A stretch of 64,000 nt of DNA from an uncultured Thermoleophilia bacterium (GCA_963749535.1 CAVVNF010000026.1:86948-150947); one strand, 5' to 3'; counted from the first letter of the stretch, positions 20,014 to 30,067 are shown. The notes: a model not told the origin generated them from the sequence alone. A program made the numbers and translations.

Positions 20014-22159
20014 TCTCGGGACTATCCAGGTAACGCTGCCGGACAGCGCCAAGCTGGTCAAAAGTGCCGACTGGGGCGAGGTGCCTGCAAATCAGCTGGG
20101 CGTCATGCTGGCCGACGGTCTGAAGCGAGCCGACGCAGATGCTGTTGCCCAAGCGCTCGGCGGCAGGGTGGTGGGCGAGCTCGAGGCGATCAACACGTAC
20201 CAGATCCAAACGGCGGGGAGCACCGAGGCCGATCTGGAAGCCGCGCTTGAGAAGGCAAAGGCCCTCAAAGGCGTGGAACTGGCCTTTCCCGATCAGCAGG
20301 GCTACCCCGACGAGGAGATCTGGGGGGTCCGCCAGACGCCTCTGAACGACCCGGCCTACAGTGGCAACTATGGCAAGGACTACGAGCTGATCGGCGCGCA
20401 GAAGGCGTGGAGCTACATAAGGGGCAGTGGACTTTCGCTTTCCCCTGTCCAGGTGGGCGTGGTGGACGACGGTCTCTACAAGGGCACAAACGAGTTCGGG
20501 GGAACGGTGAAAACCAGCTTCCCCGATCCGAACGCGGGGGAGCTGACCAGTCCCGAGGACTACAACTTCCCGGGGCAGGCGCCTATCACGAACCCCGACG
20601 GCAGTCACGGGACGGCTGTTGCCGCAATCATCGGAGCCAACCCGGATAACGGTGGGGTGACCGGCATCGCATCCCCAGCTTTGGGCAAGAACCTCACCAT
20701 ATCTGTGATCAACCAGTATGCGCCTCCCTACGGTGGGCCCAAGGCTCCAGTCCCGGCCGACCCGAACGATCCCACTAAGATCACCTTGCCCAACGGTCGT
20801 ACCTACGTGCTTGGCGACCTTGCTGCGATGCTCAAGCAGGTGAATGCGGGCTCGAGAGTCATCAACTGCTCCTTCGGGGCGGAAAAACCCGATCCCAACG
20901 AGGTATTGGTGGCGGATGCTTTCAGGAAGTTCTTCGAGAAGATGGCCAAGGACCATCCAGACGTCACCTTCGTGTGCGCGGCGGGGAACGAAAGCGGGGA
21001 GCTTTCCAAGACCAACTACTGGCCGGCCGGCGCGGGCTCGGGGCTTGCCAATGTGATAACCGTCGGCAACGTGATGAACGACGGCGGGCAGGCCGAGAGC
21101 ACGAACACGGCCGGCGCCGACGGCGAAGTCACCATCGCCGCCCCTGGCGACGAGGCCATCCGCAGCGTCGACGCGAATGGAAAGCCGGTGAATGACGAGT
21201 ACAGATTCGGCAAATACGGGGTAGCGGGGGGCACCAGCATGGCCACCCCCCAAGTCTCGGCCGCGGCTGCGCTGCTCATCTCCCTGAATCCGAAGCTGAC
21301 CGCCGAGCAGATCAAAAAGATTCTGGTCGACACGGCCCGCCCGGGACCGGAGGGTCTGGGAGGCGGGATCCTGGCGGTCGATGAGGCTGTCTTGAAGGTC
21401 ATAAACGACCAGCGGGCCGAGCTGAAGCTCCCCGCGCTGAGCCCCGAGGAGCTTGAGAACATGGGCGTCATCGACGCCGTCGCGACCAGCACCGATCAGC
21501 CAAACGTCTACGACCTGAAAGGGATCCTCAAGTCGGTTCCGGACAAGGGGACCGAGGTCACCATCACAACGACAGGTGGCGTCAAGGTCGAGGGTGACAC
21601 GAGCCAAGCGCTGGCCGCAGCCGGAGAGGTGGACTGGCCTACGGTGACTATCTCTGGCGACGATGCCACGATCACTGTGACGCGCAAGGACAGTGGCGCG
21701 GCGAGCGTGATTACCTTCCAGAACTACGACATCAGCGGTTCCTGGGCGGGGACTCTAACCTTCACCGACCTCACGCTCGATCAGGCCGCCGCTCAAAGCG
21801 CTCAGGATCAGGGCTGCAGCCTTGCCATATTGAACGCTCTTAAGGGCAAGGCCCTTCCCATGACCATGGACATCACTGTGGATGAGAGCGGCAAGGGACA
21901 GGCCGTCACTCTCATCGATGTCTCCTCGCTCAGCACGGGTAGCTCTGAAAGCTCGGCGAGTAGTGAGCCCCAGACCTGGCCTCTGACCTATTCTGGCCAC
22001 GACTTGGTGTTCACGATACCTTCCTCGGGCGGCGCGGCTACCAGCATGACCGGGACGGTGGCCAAGGAGGGCAACAACTACGTCATCAAAGGCACGCTGA
22101 GCGGGTCCGGCACGGGCTACTCGTTCAAAGGGGTGTGGACGGTCAGCAAGGGTCAATGA
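19889..22159 (+). CDS. Subtilisin-like serine peptidase (S8 family) with C-terminal beta-rich domains
   Basis: Catalytic triad contexts VGVVDDGL (Asp), HGTAVAAIIGA (His) and GTSMATPQVSAAAALL (Ser). The 5' end overlaps the DUF4339 ORF in another frame. Confidence 0.85.
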   Translation: MVALWAAFFALHDSGKSGSAASSGTEVTTTSSSAPLTAKSTDLGTIQVTLPDSAKLVKSADWGEVPANQLGVMLADGLKRADADAVAQALGGRVVGELEAINTYQIQTAGSTEADLEAALEKAKALKGVELAFPDQQGYPDEEIWGVRQTPLNDPAYSGNYGKDYELIGAQKAWSYIRGSGLSLSPVQVGVVDDGLYKGTNEFGGTVKTSFPDPNAGELTSPEDYNFPGQAPITNPDGSHGTAVAAIIGANPDNGGVTGIASPALGKNLTISVINQYAPPYGGPKAPVPADPNDPTKITLPNGRTYVLGDLAAMLKQVNAGSRVINCSFGAEKPDPNEVLVADAFRKFFEKMAKDHPDVTFVCAAGNESGELSKTNYWPAGAGSGLANVITVGNVMNDGGQAESTNTAGADGEVTIAAPGDEAIRSVDANGKPVNDEYRFGKYGVAGGTSMATPQVSAAAALLISLNPKLTAEQIKKILVDTARPGPEGLGGGILAVDEAVLKVINDQRAELKLPALSPEELENMGVIDAVATSTDQPNVYDLKGILKSVPDKGTEVTITTTGGVKVEGDTSQALAAAGEVDWPTVTISGDDATITVTRKDSGAASVITFQNYDISGSWAGTLTFTDLTLDQAAAQSAQDQGCSLAILNALKGKALPMTMDITVDESGKGQAVTLIDVSSLSTGSSESSASSEPQTWPLTYSGHDLVFTIPSSGGAATSMTGTVAKEGNNYVIKGTLSGSGTGYSFKGVWTVSKGQ

Positions 22160-22233
22160 CCGAGCGTGGACGCTGGCAAGGCATAGGTAGCCGGGCGACA
22201 CGCTTCGCTGCCTAGCGAAAAGGGACACGACGG

Positions 22234-23088
22234 ATGCACCCAGTATTGGCTATCTTTCACTTGGGCGGGGCGCAGGTCACACTGCGTTCGTATAGCACCT
22301 TCATGGTGCTGGCCTGGGTGGTCGCTCTGGCGCTGGGTACCGTGGTGGCTTGGCGACGCGGCTTTTCCTGGTGGCGAGTGCTTGTCACGTTGGCCGTCGC
22401 GCTGGCGGCAGGCGTGGTGGGGAGTCGCCTCTTGGATGTCCTCGTCAACTGGGGCTACTACGCGGCGGACCACTCACGAATCTACGCCTTTCAGTTCACG
22501 GGTTTCTCGCTCTATGGGGGACTGCTCCTGGGTCCGTTGGTCGCTGCGCTCTTGGCCAGAGCGTGGCGACTTCCACTGTGGCGCCTCGCCGACAGCGCCG
22601 TCCCCGCGCTCGCGGCCGGAATCGTGCTCATGAGGGTCGGTTGCTTCCTCAATGGGTGCTGCTTTGGTCGGACGACCTCCCTGCCATGGGGGGTGAGGTT
22701 CCCTCCAGGGAGTCCGGCCTGGGCGGAGCAGCTCCTGCAGGGGAAAGCGGGCCTCCTCGGCCTTCTGACCGGGAGTGCAGCCGTGCTACCGGTGCATCCC
22801 ACCCAGCTCTACGAACTTGCCGCTGCGCTCGTCTTCGGTGCTCTGGCGGTCTGGTCGATGCGTAGGCGCCACCCGGAGGGAGTGCCGTTCTTAGGGTTTG
22901 CCCTGGGTTTCACGCTTTTCCGCCTCGGCAATAACTTCCTGCGAGTGCAGTTGCCTACCTTCACCTTGCCCGGCTGGTTCTACCCGACCTTCTACCTAGC
23001 CATCTGCGCCGTGCTGACGGGCCTCCTGATCTGGAGGCTGCGCATGGTCGAGCAGTTGGCGGGAGGGACGGACGAGGCAGAAGGCTAA
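22234..23088 (+). CDS. lgt: Prolipoprotein diacylglyceryl transferase
   Basis: Lgt signature GCFLNGCCFG...PWGV and HPTQLYE in a polytopic membrane protein. Confidence 0.85.
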   Translation: MHPVLAIFHLGGAQVTLRSYSTFMVLAWVVALALGTVVAWRRGFSWWRVLVTLAVALAAGVVGSRLLDVLVNWGYYAADHSRIYAFQFTGFSLYGGLLLGPLVAALLARAWRLPLWRLADSAVPALAAGIVLMRVGCFLNGCCFGRTTSLPWGVRFPPGSPAWAEQLLQGKAGLLGLLTGSAAVLPVHPTQLYELAAALVFGALAVWSMRRRHPEGVPFLGFALGFTLFRLGNNFLRVQLPTFTLPGWFYPTFYLAICAVLTGLLIWRLRMVEQLAGGTDEAEG

Positions 23089-23097
23089 CAGCTCGTT

Positions 23098-24453
23098 TCA
23101 GACTATCACCCGCCGCGTCGCTTGCCACTCCACGCGAGGGCGAAGGTTTTCCCGCCCGGAGACGGCCAGGTGACCTCTGGGTGTGGTGTGGCAAGGCGCA
23201 CTGCTTGGCGATCCCAGTATCCTCAGATCGTCTCTTGCTCCCCGCCGGTCGCCGGAACGGTGAACAGGCCGGAACGCCTGTCCAAGAAGCAGCGGCAGCG
23301 TCCCCGTCCAACCCGTGCGGGCATTTGTGTGAAGTTCGAGATTCACCGCACCATAATCGTCGTTTGCGGGAGCGGGGACGGGCACCAAAGTCATCGCTGT
23401 ATGGGCGGGAATTCCCTGTAGCCGGTTGTCGGATTGATCGGGCGCTTGCGAGGCGAGAAGGCCGGGTATCGAGTCGGCAGCCAGGGCGTCGTCCAGTCGC
23501 GACAGCAGCGCCATGGGTGGCTGGGTCCGGGTGAGGAGCAATAGGCGCTCCAGATCGTCGATCAAGAGCAGCGGGATTCTCCCGTGCCGCTCCCTCGCGT
23601 CTTGGACCTTGGAACGGAGATCCTCTACCAGGGCGCCGAGGGCATCCGTATGCGCCGGAATAGTCTCGATGAGTGACAGGAACGGCAGGACGGAGGCTTG
23701 GAGGGCCCGGTCGAGGCGGGAAAGTGTCTCGAGTTCGTCCGGACCCAGGGTGCAGGCGCGCAGGGCACCAAGGGGGATCACAGTGCCGAGGATATTCCCG
23801 AGAGTACTGATCAGACGCTCCCAGGCGCCAACGCTCCCCTCCTTTAGGGCGTAATAAAGAACCGGACGTCCCGAGGAGAACGCCTCCCAGGCTGCCGATT
23901 CGAGGAAGGCCGTCTTGCCGACCCCCGGCCCTCCCTGCACCACGTGCAGCCCAGATCCGAACCCCCCGTCCAAACGAGCATCCAGCTCGGTCAGCCCGGA
24001 GGGAGCAAGTTCGGGTGAGCGGGCGGCTTGCTGCAGAAACCGACGCAAGAACGCGCTCGGCTCGGGGGCAGGAAGTGCGGGCTCACGCAGCGGCGCGGGC
24101 AGGCTCGGAGGGAGAGGCGCGGCTCGATCCGTATCCCGGAATAGCGCGAGTAGCTCTTCGCGCATCGACGCACGCCCGGTGCCTCTCGCTTGCCGCGCTG
24201 ACGTGGGCGGCTTCCGTGGGGGAGCCTCCGATGGTGACGTGGGCTCAGGCGCGATAGGCTCGGGCGCGGTGGACTCTTCCGGTTCCTGGCTCTGGGGATG
24301 CGCCGACGTCGCCTGGCTTGCTGCCGGGCCCTCGATAGACTTCCCGGGCGCTGCTCTTTCGGCGCGGGTGGCCGATATCAGCTCATCCAGGTAGCCGGCG
24401 AGCTCGCGCTCTTCACCGGAGCATCCGCCCCCGACAGGGCTCTCGTCAGTCAT
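23098..24453 (-). CDS. RecA-superfamily ATPase (KaiC/DnaB-C-terminal-like) with Pro-rich N-terminal region
   Basis: LDARLDGGFGSGLHVVQGGPGVGKTAFL (P-loop) and LLLIDDLERL (Walker B), with a low-complexity Pro/Ala-rich N-terminus. The C-terminal ~100 aa look like non-coding read-through. Confidence 0.5.
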   Translation of the reverse strand: MTDESPVGGGCSGEERELAGYLDELISATRAERAAPGKSIEGPAASQATSAHPQSQEPEESTAPEPIAPEPTSPSEAPPRKPPTSARQARGTGRASMREELLALFRDTDRAAPLPPSLPAPLREPALPAPEPSAFLRRFLQQAARSPELAPSGLTELDARLDGGFGSGLHVVQGGPGVGKTAFLESAAWEAFSSGRPVLYYALKEGSVGAWERLISTLGNILGTVIPLGALRACTLGPDELETLSRLDRALQASVLPFLSLIETIPAHTDALGALVEDLRSKVQDARERHGRIPLLLIDDLERLLLLTRTQPPMALLSRLDDALAADSIPGLLASQAPDQSDNRLQGIPAHTAMTLVPVPAPANDDYGAVNLELHTNARTGWTGTLPLLLGQAFRPVHRSGDRRGARDDLRILGSPSSAPCHTTPRGHLAVSGRENLRPRVEWQATRRVIV

Positions 24454-24660
24454 CTCGCCTCATCCACACTTTTGCTCGCATTCGACGTCGGGCCACGGCC
24501 TCCTACGGAGGCGCGGCCGCGACCTTGTTTCCCTCTTCGTATTGAATCGGTTGGCCACCCCCTTTTCGTGAGCGCGACCGACCGTTGCTCCGAAGAGCAT
24601 AATCTGGTGAATACTTCTCGTAAGTCTCGTATCTCAAGACAACTTTCGAAGGGGGTGAAC

Positions 24661-25272
24661 ATGAGCATCCAGGTACGCGTCTTCTCCGATTACATCTGAC
24701 CCTTCTGCTACATCGGCACGGGTATTGTCGATAAGCTCAAAGAGGAGTTCCTCGTAGAAGATACATGGGTGAGCTATGAGATCCACCCGGAGACGCCGCC
24801 CGGGGGCGTCTTGCTTGAACGCTTGTTCGGTCCGGCGAGAGCAGAGAGGCACGAGGGCATGCGCCGCCGTTGTGCCGAGCTCGGTCTACCGTTCGAGCCG
24901 CCAACGCTCCTCTCGAATTCGCGGCTGGCGATCGAGGCCGCCGAGTTCGCCCGCGATGCCGGCAAGCACCCCGAGTTCCATAGGGCCGTACTTGCCGCGT
25001 ACTTTGCCCACGGTCGAGATATCGGCGACCTCGAGGTTCTGGCCGGGCTGGCGCAGGAGGTCGGCCTCGACACCGCCTCTCTGAGGCAGGCACTGGATGC
25101 CGGCCGGTACGCCGGCAGGCATCAGGCCGCCCACGAGGAAGCTTGTAGGCTCGGAATAACAGGTGTCCCTACCTACATCTTCGCCGACGGTGCGCGAGTC
25201 GTGGGCGCCCAGCCACTTGATTCCTTCCGCCGGCTTGTCGCTGCCTACCATCTAAGGAGGGAGGTCTCGTGA
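24661..25272 (+). CDS. DsbA/FrnE-family thiol-disulfide oxidoreductase with in-frame TGA at the first active-site Cys position (candidate selenoprotein, U-P-F-C)
   Basis: RBS AAGGGGG precedes the ATG at 24661. It reads MSIQVRVFSDYI-TGA(24697-24699)-PFCYIGTGIVDKL and continues in the same frame into the DsbA-like domain (24769-25272). Confidence 0.55.
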
Positions 25273-25688
25273 ACACCATCCTCGTCGGGGTCGACGGTTC
25301 CGAACACGGAGACGCCGCTCTTGTCTTCGCGGCTGAGGAGGCCGCACTCCGTGGGGCTAGCCTCCTTATCGTCTGTGCCTGGGAACCTCCTATGGCGATC
25401 GCCCCGCTCGGCGTCTACACCGCGGAAGCGTTCGAGAGCTTAGGAGAGAATTCGGAGAACATTGTGCGCGCCGCGGTCGCCCGGGTCGCCGAGATGCAGC
25501 CGAAAGTCGTCTGCGAGGGCAAAGCGGTGGAAGGTCAACCGGCCGCGGAGCTCCTCAAGGCAGCAGAGTCGGCGAACATTATCGTGGTCGGAAGCAGAGG
25601 GCATGGAGGTTTCGCCAGTCTCTTGCTCGGTTCAGTGACTCAGCAGGTCGTCCACCACGCCCGTTGTCCGGTCGTCATCGTGCGCTAG
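25269..25688 (+). CDS. Universal stress protein (UspA family)
   Basis: ILVGVDGSEHGDAAL...GSRGHGGFASLLLGSVTQQVVHHARCPVVIV. Its GTG start overlaps the upstream stop (GTGA). Confidence 0.8.
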   Translation: MNTILVGVDGSEHGDAALVFAAEEAALRGASLLIVCAWEPPMAIAPLGVYTAEAFESLGENSENIVRAAVARVAEMQPKVVCEGKAVEGQPAAELLKAAESANIIVVGSRGHGGFASLLLGSVTQQVVHHARCPVVIVR

Positions 25689-25963
25689 GGGGTCGACACG
25701 GAAGTACAACGCCGGTACCAAGGCTGCCAAGCGTCTTGTCACTGAGTTGCGGCTCTCCAAGGGCCAGAATACAATAAGAAACGTGTTGCACGGCGAACGG
25801 CGGCCCATGAGCTGGCGCAGGCCGATGGAGAGGCTTCTCGTCAGGCTCGACGGATGGATGATTTGCACCGCACGGAGCACACGGGCATGACGGAACACGC
25901 GGCCACCAGCTTGACGGGCGGGCGTCATTCGGGTTACTAGATCCGTACCTTGTGGGAGTGGAG

Positions 25964-27412
25964 ATGCGCATCACCTTCATCGAACCGGTCGCGCCGGGCT
26001 TGCACATCTACAGCTTCATGAAGCTTCCCAGATTTGGCCTTCCCCTCCTCGGCGCGCTCCTCAAAGAGCGCGGTCACGACGTGCGCATCTTCTCGGAGAG
26101 CCTGACGGAGGTGGACTGGAACCGCGTTCTCTCGTCCGACCTGGTCGGCGTCTCGACCATCACTCCCACCGCGATGCACGCCTATCGCTATGCAAGGTAC
26201 GTGAAAGAAACGGGGATCCCGACGGTCATGGGCGGACCGCATGTGACCTTTCTGGCGGATGAGGCTTTGGACTTCTGCGACTATGTGGTCCGGGGAGAGG
26301 GGGAGCGGACTCTTCTCGAGCTGGTCGAGTGCCTGGAAGGGAAGGGCTCTCTGGAGAATATCCGAGGGCTGTCGTATCGGGCCGACGATGGCCGTACCAT
26401 TCACAACCCTTCTCGGCCCATGCTCAGGTCGATCCGCGATCTTCCCTGGCCGGACATGAGTCTCGTGGCAGGCGCGGAGAAAGTCACCCCGTTTCCAGTC
26501 CTTGCTTCGCGCGGTTGCCCCTATGGCTGCGAGTTCTGCTCAGTAGTACTCATGTTCGGACGCAACGTGCGCACAGCGGAGCCCACAGAGGTGGTCAAAG
26601 CCCTGAAGAAGGCGAGTCCCAAGAGGATCTTCTTCTACGACGACAACTTCTTTATCAGTAAGAAGCGGGGAGTCGAATTGCTCAAGGAGATGATCCGGCA
26701 GGAGCTGAGCGTCCCCTTCTTCGCTCAGATCCGAGCGGACTCGATCTGTAAGGACGGGAAGGTCGATCGCGACTTGCTGCGCCTCATGTGGAGCGCCGGC
26801 TGGCGTCTCGCCCATTTGGGACTCGAATCCATCAACCCGGCCGCGCTCAAGGAATACCACAAGGAATCGAGTGTGGATGACATGGCCGGCGGGCTGGAGG
26901 CTTTGGCCGAGACCGGGATCAAGACTCACGGCATGTTCATCTTCGGAGCCGACTCCGACACTCGAGAATCTCTTGCCAAGACGACAGATTTTGCGTTACA
27001 GCATGGCCTGAGCAGTGCTCAGTTCGCTGCGCTGACTCCACTTCCGGGCACACCCCACACGGCGCAGCTGGAGGCCGAGGGCCGTATCCTCACGCGCAAT
27101 TGGACCCTCTACGATGGTTTCCATGTGGTCTTCTGGCCCAAGCAGATGACTCCCTACGAGCTCCAAGAGGAGATGATGAAGGCCAACAAGCGTTTCTATG
27201 CTCCGTGGCGCATTTCGGCCATCCGTCCCACCGCCCCCGTGTACCGGAAGCACCGTCTGCAAGGGTACCTCATTAGCCGGGCCTGGGAACATGTGAGGGA
27301 GAATCGGGACTTCCTTTCCGAGCTCAAGGATCTCTCGGAGTCGTCTGCTCCGCCGCGGCCGGGCTCCGCCGTGGTAGCGGCGAGCGTGGCCGCCTGGGGC
27401 GCGGGGGAGTAG
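25964..27412 (+). CDS. B12-binding domain radical SAM protein (class B)
   Basis: N-terminal cobalamin-binding Rossmann-like region followed by CPYGCEFC (CxxxCxxC), about 480 aa. No obvious partner genes. Confidence 0.8.
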   Translation: MRITFIEPVAPGLHIYSFMKLPRFGLPLLGALLKERGHDVRIFSESLTEVDWNRVLSSDLVGVSTITPTAMHAYRYARYVKETGIPTVMGGPHVTFLADEALDFCDYVVRGEGERTLLELVECLEGKGSLENIRGLSYRADDGRTIHNPSRPMLRSIRDLPWPDMSLVAGAEKVTPFPVLASRGCPYGCEFCSVVLMFGRNVRTAEPTEVVKALKKASPKRIFFYDDNFFISKKRGVELLKEMIRQELSVPFFAQIRADSICKDGKVDRDLLRLMWSAGWRLAHLGLESINPAALKEYHKESSVDDMAGGLEALAETGIKTHGMFIFGADSDTRESLAKTTDFALQHGLSSAQFAALTPLPGTPHTAQLEAEGRILTRNWTLYDGFHVVFWPKQMTPYELQEEMMKANKRFYAPWRISAIRPTAPVYRKHRLQGYLISRAWEHVRENRDFLSELKDLSESSAPPRPGSAVVAASVAAWGAGE

Positions 27413-27575
27413 AATCAGCCTCCAGCAGGGGAAATCTCCGCTAAGTGCGGTCGCGACCGTCCAGCCGGTTGATTGCCAACAAGGGTTTCGCCATCTGGGT
27501 CCCTCCTCAGGCACCCTTGCCTGGATCCGCTAAGCAAGCCGGCTCTACCGCCGGCTGTCGACCTTGTTGGTTGGA

Positions 27576-28682
27576 ATGACCCTAAACGAGGCCTACAGAA
27601 TACTGGGCGTCGCGCACGGTGCCACGGCAGCGGAGGTCAAGGCCGCCTACAGGCGCTCGGTGGCGCTGAATCATCCGGACAAGGGTGGTGACGCCGCGGA
27701 GTTCATCCGCGTGCGTGCTGCATACGAGATCATCGTCAGCTATCTCAAGGCCGGGCTTGGGGATGAGGATGTCCCTGTTCCCGCGGGGCTTCGCGAGGTC
27801 ATTGACAGCATCGTCGGCGACTTCCGCGAGCACATGCGATGGACTGAGAACGAGACACTCGCGCACCTTGGCCGCCTGGACAGGAACATGCAGGATTACC
27901 TCTCCAAAGCTACCCGGGCAGAGCTCCGCCAATTCAGCTCCACTTTCAGCGCTTCGTGGAATGCGACCATCTCTCATCTGTTCGCTCGGTGCAACGACCG
28001 TTGCGATCAGATACTCCAGAGTTACGAGAGCTGGTATAGCAGGAGCACTCAAGCGGTCTTCGATCAGATGTATCTGAAGGAAGTAAGGAGCTTCATGTGG
28101 CGGCCGAGGTTCTACTTGTATCTGCTGATCCTTTGGGCCGTCGTGGCGGTGCCCGCTTTTGTCTTGGGTACCGACGGGAGAGGGTTAGGACTTTGGATCG
28201 CGGTGGCGTTGGTGATCGCGATGGCCGTGCTGGCCTTTCTTCTCTATCGGCGGGATTGCAGGCGTAAGCGGAAGGTTCGGGAGAGGGTCGAGCCTTTGAG
28301 CGTGGTTCCGTTCGGCCTGAAGGGGGACGCCCGGTTCCAGGCAGAGATCGCTCTGCGCCGGGGACGTCAGGCGACCGCCGGTCTAGGCGTGACCGGGCTC
28401 ATGCTCGGCGATGCCGTTGCGGTCGGCCTGGGCGGACCCGCGGTCGGTGCCGTGGCGGGGCTGCTGCTGGGAGGAGTGCTCGACCGGGTGTTCAACCCCA
28501 CTAGGCAACTGCGCGCCGCCATGGGGCAAGAGTTGGCCCAATTCATGGAACTGGCGCGGATACAGGTGCCGCGGTATGTCCTCGAGGTCCATGAACAATT
28601 ACTGGACGATGTTAGAGATCTGATCGTCGCCAGCTACGAGGCCAGGGTGAAGGAGACGGTCAAGCTTCTCGCGGCTGGCTAG
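27576..28682 (+). CDS. J-domain (DnaJ-like) membrane protein
   Basis: EAYRILGV...YRRSVALNHPDKGGD (HPD motif) at the N-terminus, and two TM helices mid-protein. Confidence 0.7.
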   Translation: MTLNEAYRILGVAHGATAAEVKAAYRRSVALNHPDKGGDAAEFIRVRAAYEIIVSYLKAGLGDEDVPVPAGLREVIDSIVGDFREHMRWTENETLAHLGRLDRNMQDYLSKATRAELRQFSSTFSASWNATISHLFARCNDRCDQILQSYESWYSRSTQAVFDQMYLKEVRSFMWRPRFYLYLLILWAVVAVPAFVLGTDGRGLGLWIAVALVIAMAVLAFLLYRRDCRRKRKVRERVEPLSVVPFGLKGDARFQAEIALRRGRQATAGLGVTGLMLGDAVAVGLGGPAVGAVAGLLLGGVLDRVFNPTRQLRAAMGQELAQFMELARIQVPRYVLEVHEQLLDDVRDLIVASYEARVKETVKLLAAG

Positions 28683-28744
28683 GGCAGGCCGTCATCGCCT
28701 TGGCCTTCCAGCAGCCCGGTCAGCTATCTGCCGCCAGGACTCCG

Positions 28745-29464
28745 CTAGGCGGTCACCACAGGCGACGGGGCATCCTGGAAGGGATGCGTCCGAAGTACGA
28801 GCGAGTACAGGTACGGGTAGTTGGCCTTGAGGTGTTCGGCGTAAGTCAGCCACTCCGCGGCCAGCTGCGTGTAGGCTCTCTGCGTGTCGCTCGCCAGGTG
28901 CGCCTTGTCCGAGCGAGGCAGGTCGAGTAGCGACCGCCGGGCCTCCAACTCTTCCTGCAGATGGAAGATCGCCCAGAGGAGGTCGGCGAAACGGTCATGC
29001 TCCAAGAGATTGGGGTTCTCGAGAAGTCTGAGCAGGAATCCACGCTTTTCGAGCAGATAAGATTTGAGACCCTCCAGATCGATGTGCTCGAGGTCGACCT
29101 GGCAGTCGAGCGCTCGCGCATAGGCAGCGGCCTCGGCGAACTCACGTCTTCCCCAGTGGGCGTTCAACGCGAGTCGTGACTTGATGGCGGGCGCGGCTCC
29201 CAAGCCGGGCAGCAGTTCCCCGAGCAGATGTGTTCCCAACTCGCTGAAGAACGCTCCGACGACCATGTTGAGCTTCTGGCGGATAGCCTGTTTTTCTCTG
29301 CGGGACAGCACTCGCTCAATGACCACGCCCACGATCAGCACTTCCAAAGGGAGGAAGGCTATGTTGCTGACTAAGAGCAGGAATAGTTGCCGGGCGTCGC
29401 CGAAAGCCAGATAGTCGACTGCGTACAGAACGATGGACGTCCCCAAGAGAGCGGCACCGATCAT
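28745..29464 (-). CDS. Hypothetical membrane protein (2-3 N-terminal TM helices plus a soluble helical domain)
   Basis: ORF with hydrophobic N-terminus. No recognisable motif. Confidence 0.4.
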   Translation of the reverse strand: MIGAALLGTSIVLYAVDYLAFGDARQLFLLLVSNIAFLPLEVLIVGVVIERVLSRREKQAIRQKLNMVVGAFFSELGTHLLGELLPGLGAAPAIKSRLALNAHWGRREFAEAAAYARALDCQVDLEHIDLEGLKSYLLEKRGFLLRLLENPNLLEHDRFADLLWAIFHLQEELEARRSLLDLPRSDKAHLASDTQRAYTQLAAEWLTYAEHLKANYPYLYSLVLRTHPFQDAPSPVVTA

Positions 29465-29536
29465 ACCCAGCCAGCGTTTATCGCTACGGCTCAGATCAGC
29501 CTACCTTTGTTCCGGATTGTTTGGTGCGTGGAATCG

Positions 29537-29965
29537 TCAGCGGGCGAGGAGCACCGGCACCTTCGCGTAGCGGAGCACTCGCTCGGCGGTCGATCCGAGG
29601 AGAAGATTAGGGAACGTTCCCCGGCCACGGCTACCGATCACGATCAGGTCGGCCTGATGCTCGTCGGCGGCGGAGAGGATACCCTGGGCGGGCACGTCAT
29701 CCGGGATGGCGACCTGGGTCGGGATACCCAGTTTCGCGTACGAGTCGAGTACGGGCGCGATCATGCGGCGCACCTCGCTCGGTTTTGCCATGGCCGGCAT
29801 GTTGCCGAAAGCGTGGCAGATGACGATGGTGGCCCCGTACTTCTCCGCGATGCTCGCGGCCAGAGCTGCCGCCTTCAGTGCGCCCTCTGACCCGTCGTAG
29901 CCGAGCAGGATCTTGCGGAACAACACTTCTTCCATGCACGCCTCCGATGCCGGCATCTGACACAT
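29537..29965 (-). CDS. Universal stress protein (UspA family)
   Basis: LLGYDGSEGALKAA...VIGSRGRGTFPNLLLGSTAERVLRYAKVPVLLAR. The true start may be the internal Met (MEEVLF). Confidence 0.75.
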   Translation of the reverse strand: MCQMPASEACMEEVLFRKILLGYDGSEGALKAAALAASIAEKYGATIVICHAFGNMPAMAKPSEVRRMIAPVLDSYAKLGIPTQVAIPDDVPAQGILSAADEHQADLIVIGSRGRGTFPNLLLGSTAERVLRYAKVPVLLAR

Positions 29966-30067
29966 CGCACACTATAGCCTTCCCGGCCTCCGATTCTCAA
30001 CACCCTGCCGCAAGCGTGGGACGGCTGAGCCGCCGGCTCCCAGGCTATAGCGCGGTATACTTCGCGC

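Noticed and set aside
19955-21607. 550-aa minus-strand ORF
   Set aside because: Antisense to the S8 peptidase gene, whose catalytic-triad motifs are on the plus strand.
29966-30067. Possible preQ1 riboswitch upstream of queF
   Set aside because: No small hairpin followed by the conserved A-rich tail (…ACUAA…) of the preQ1-I class could be found. The region looks like a plain divergent promoter.
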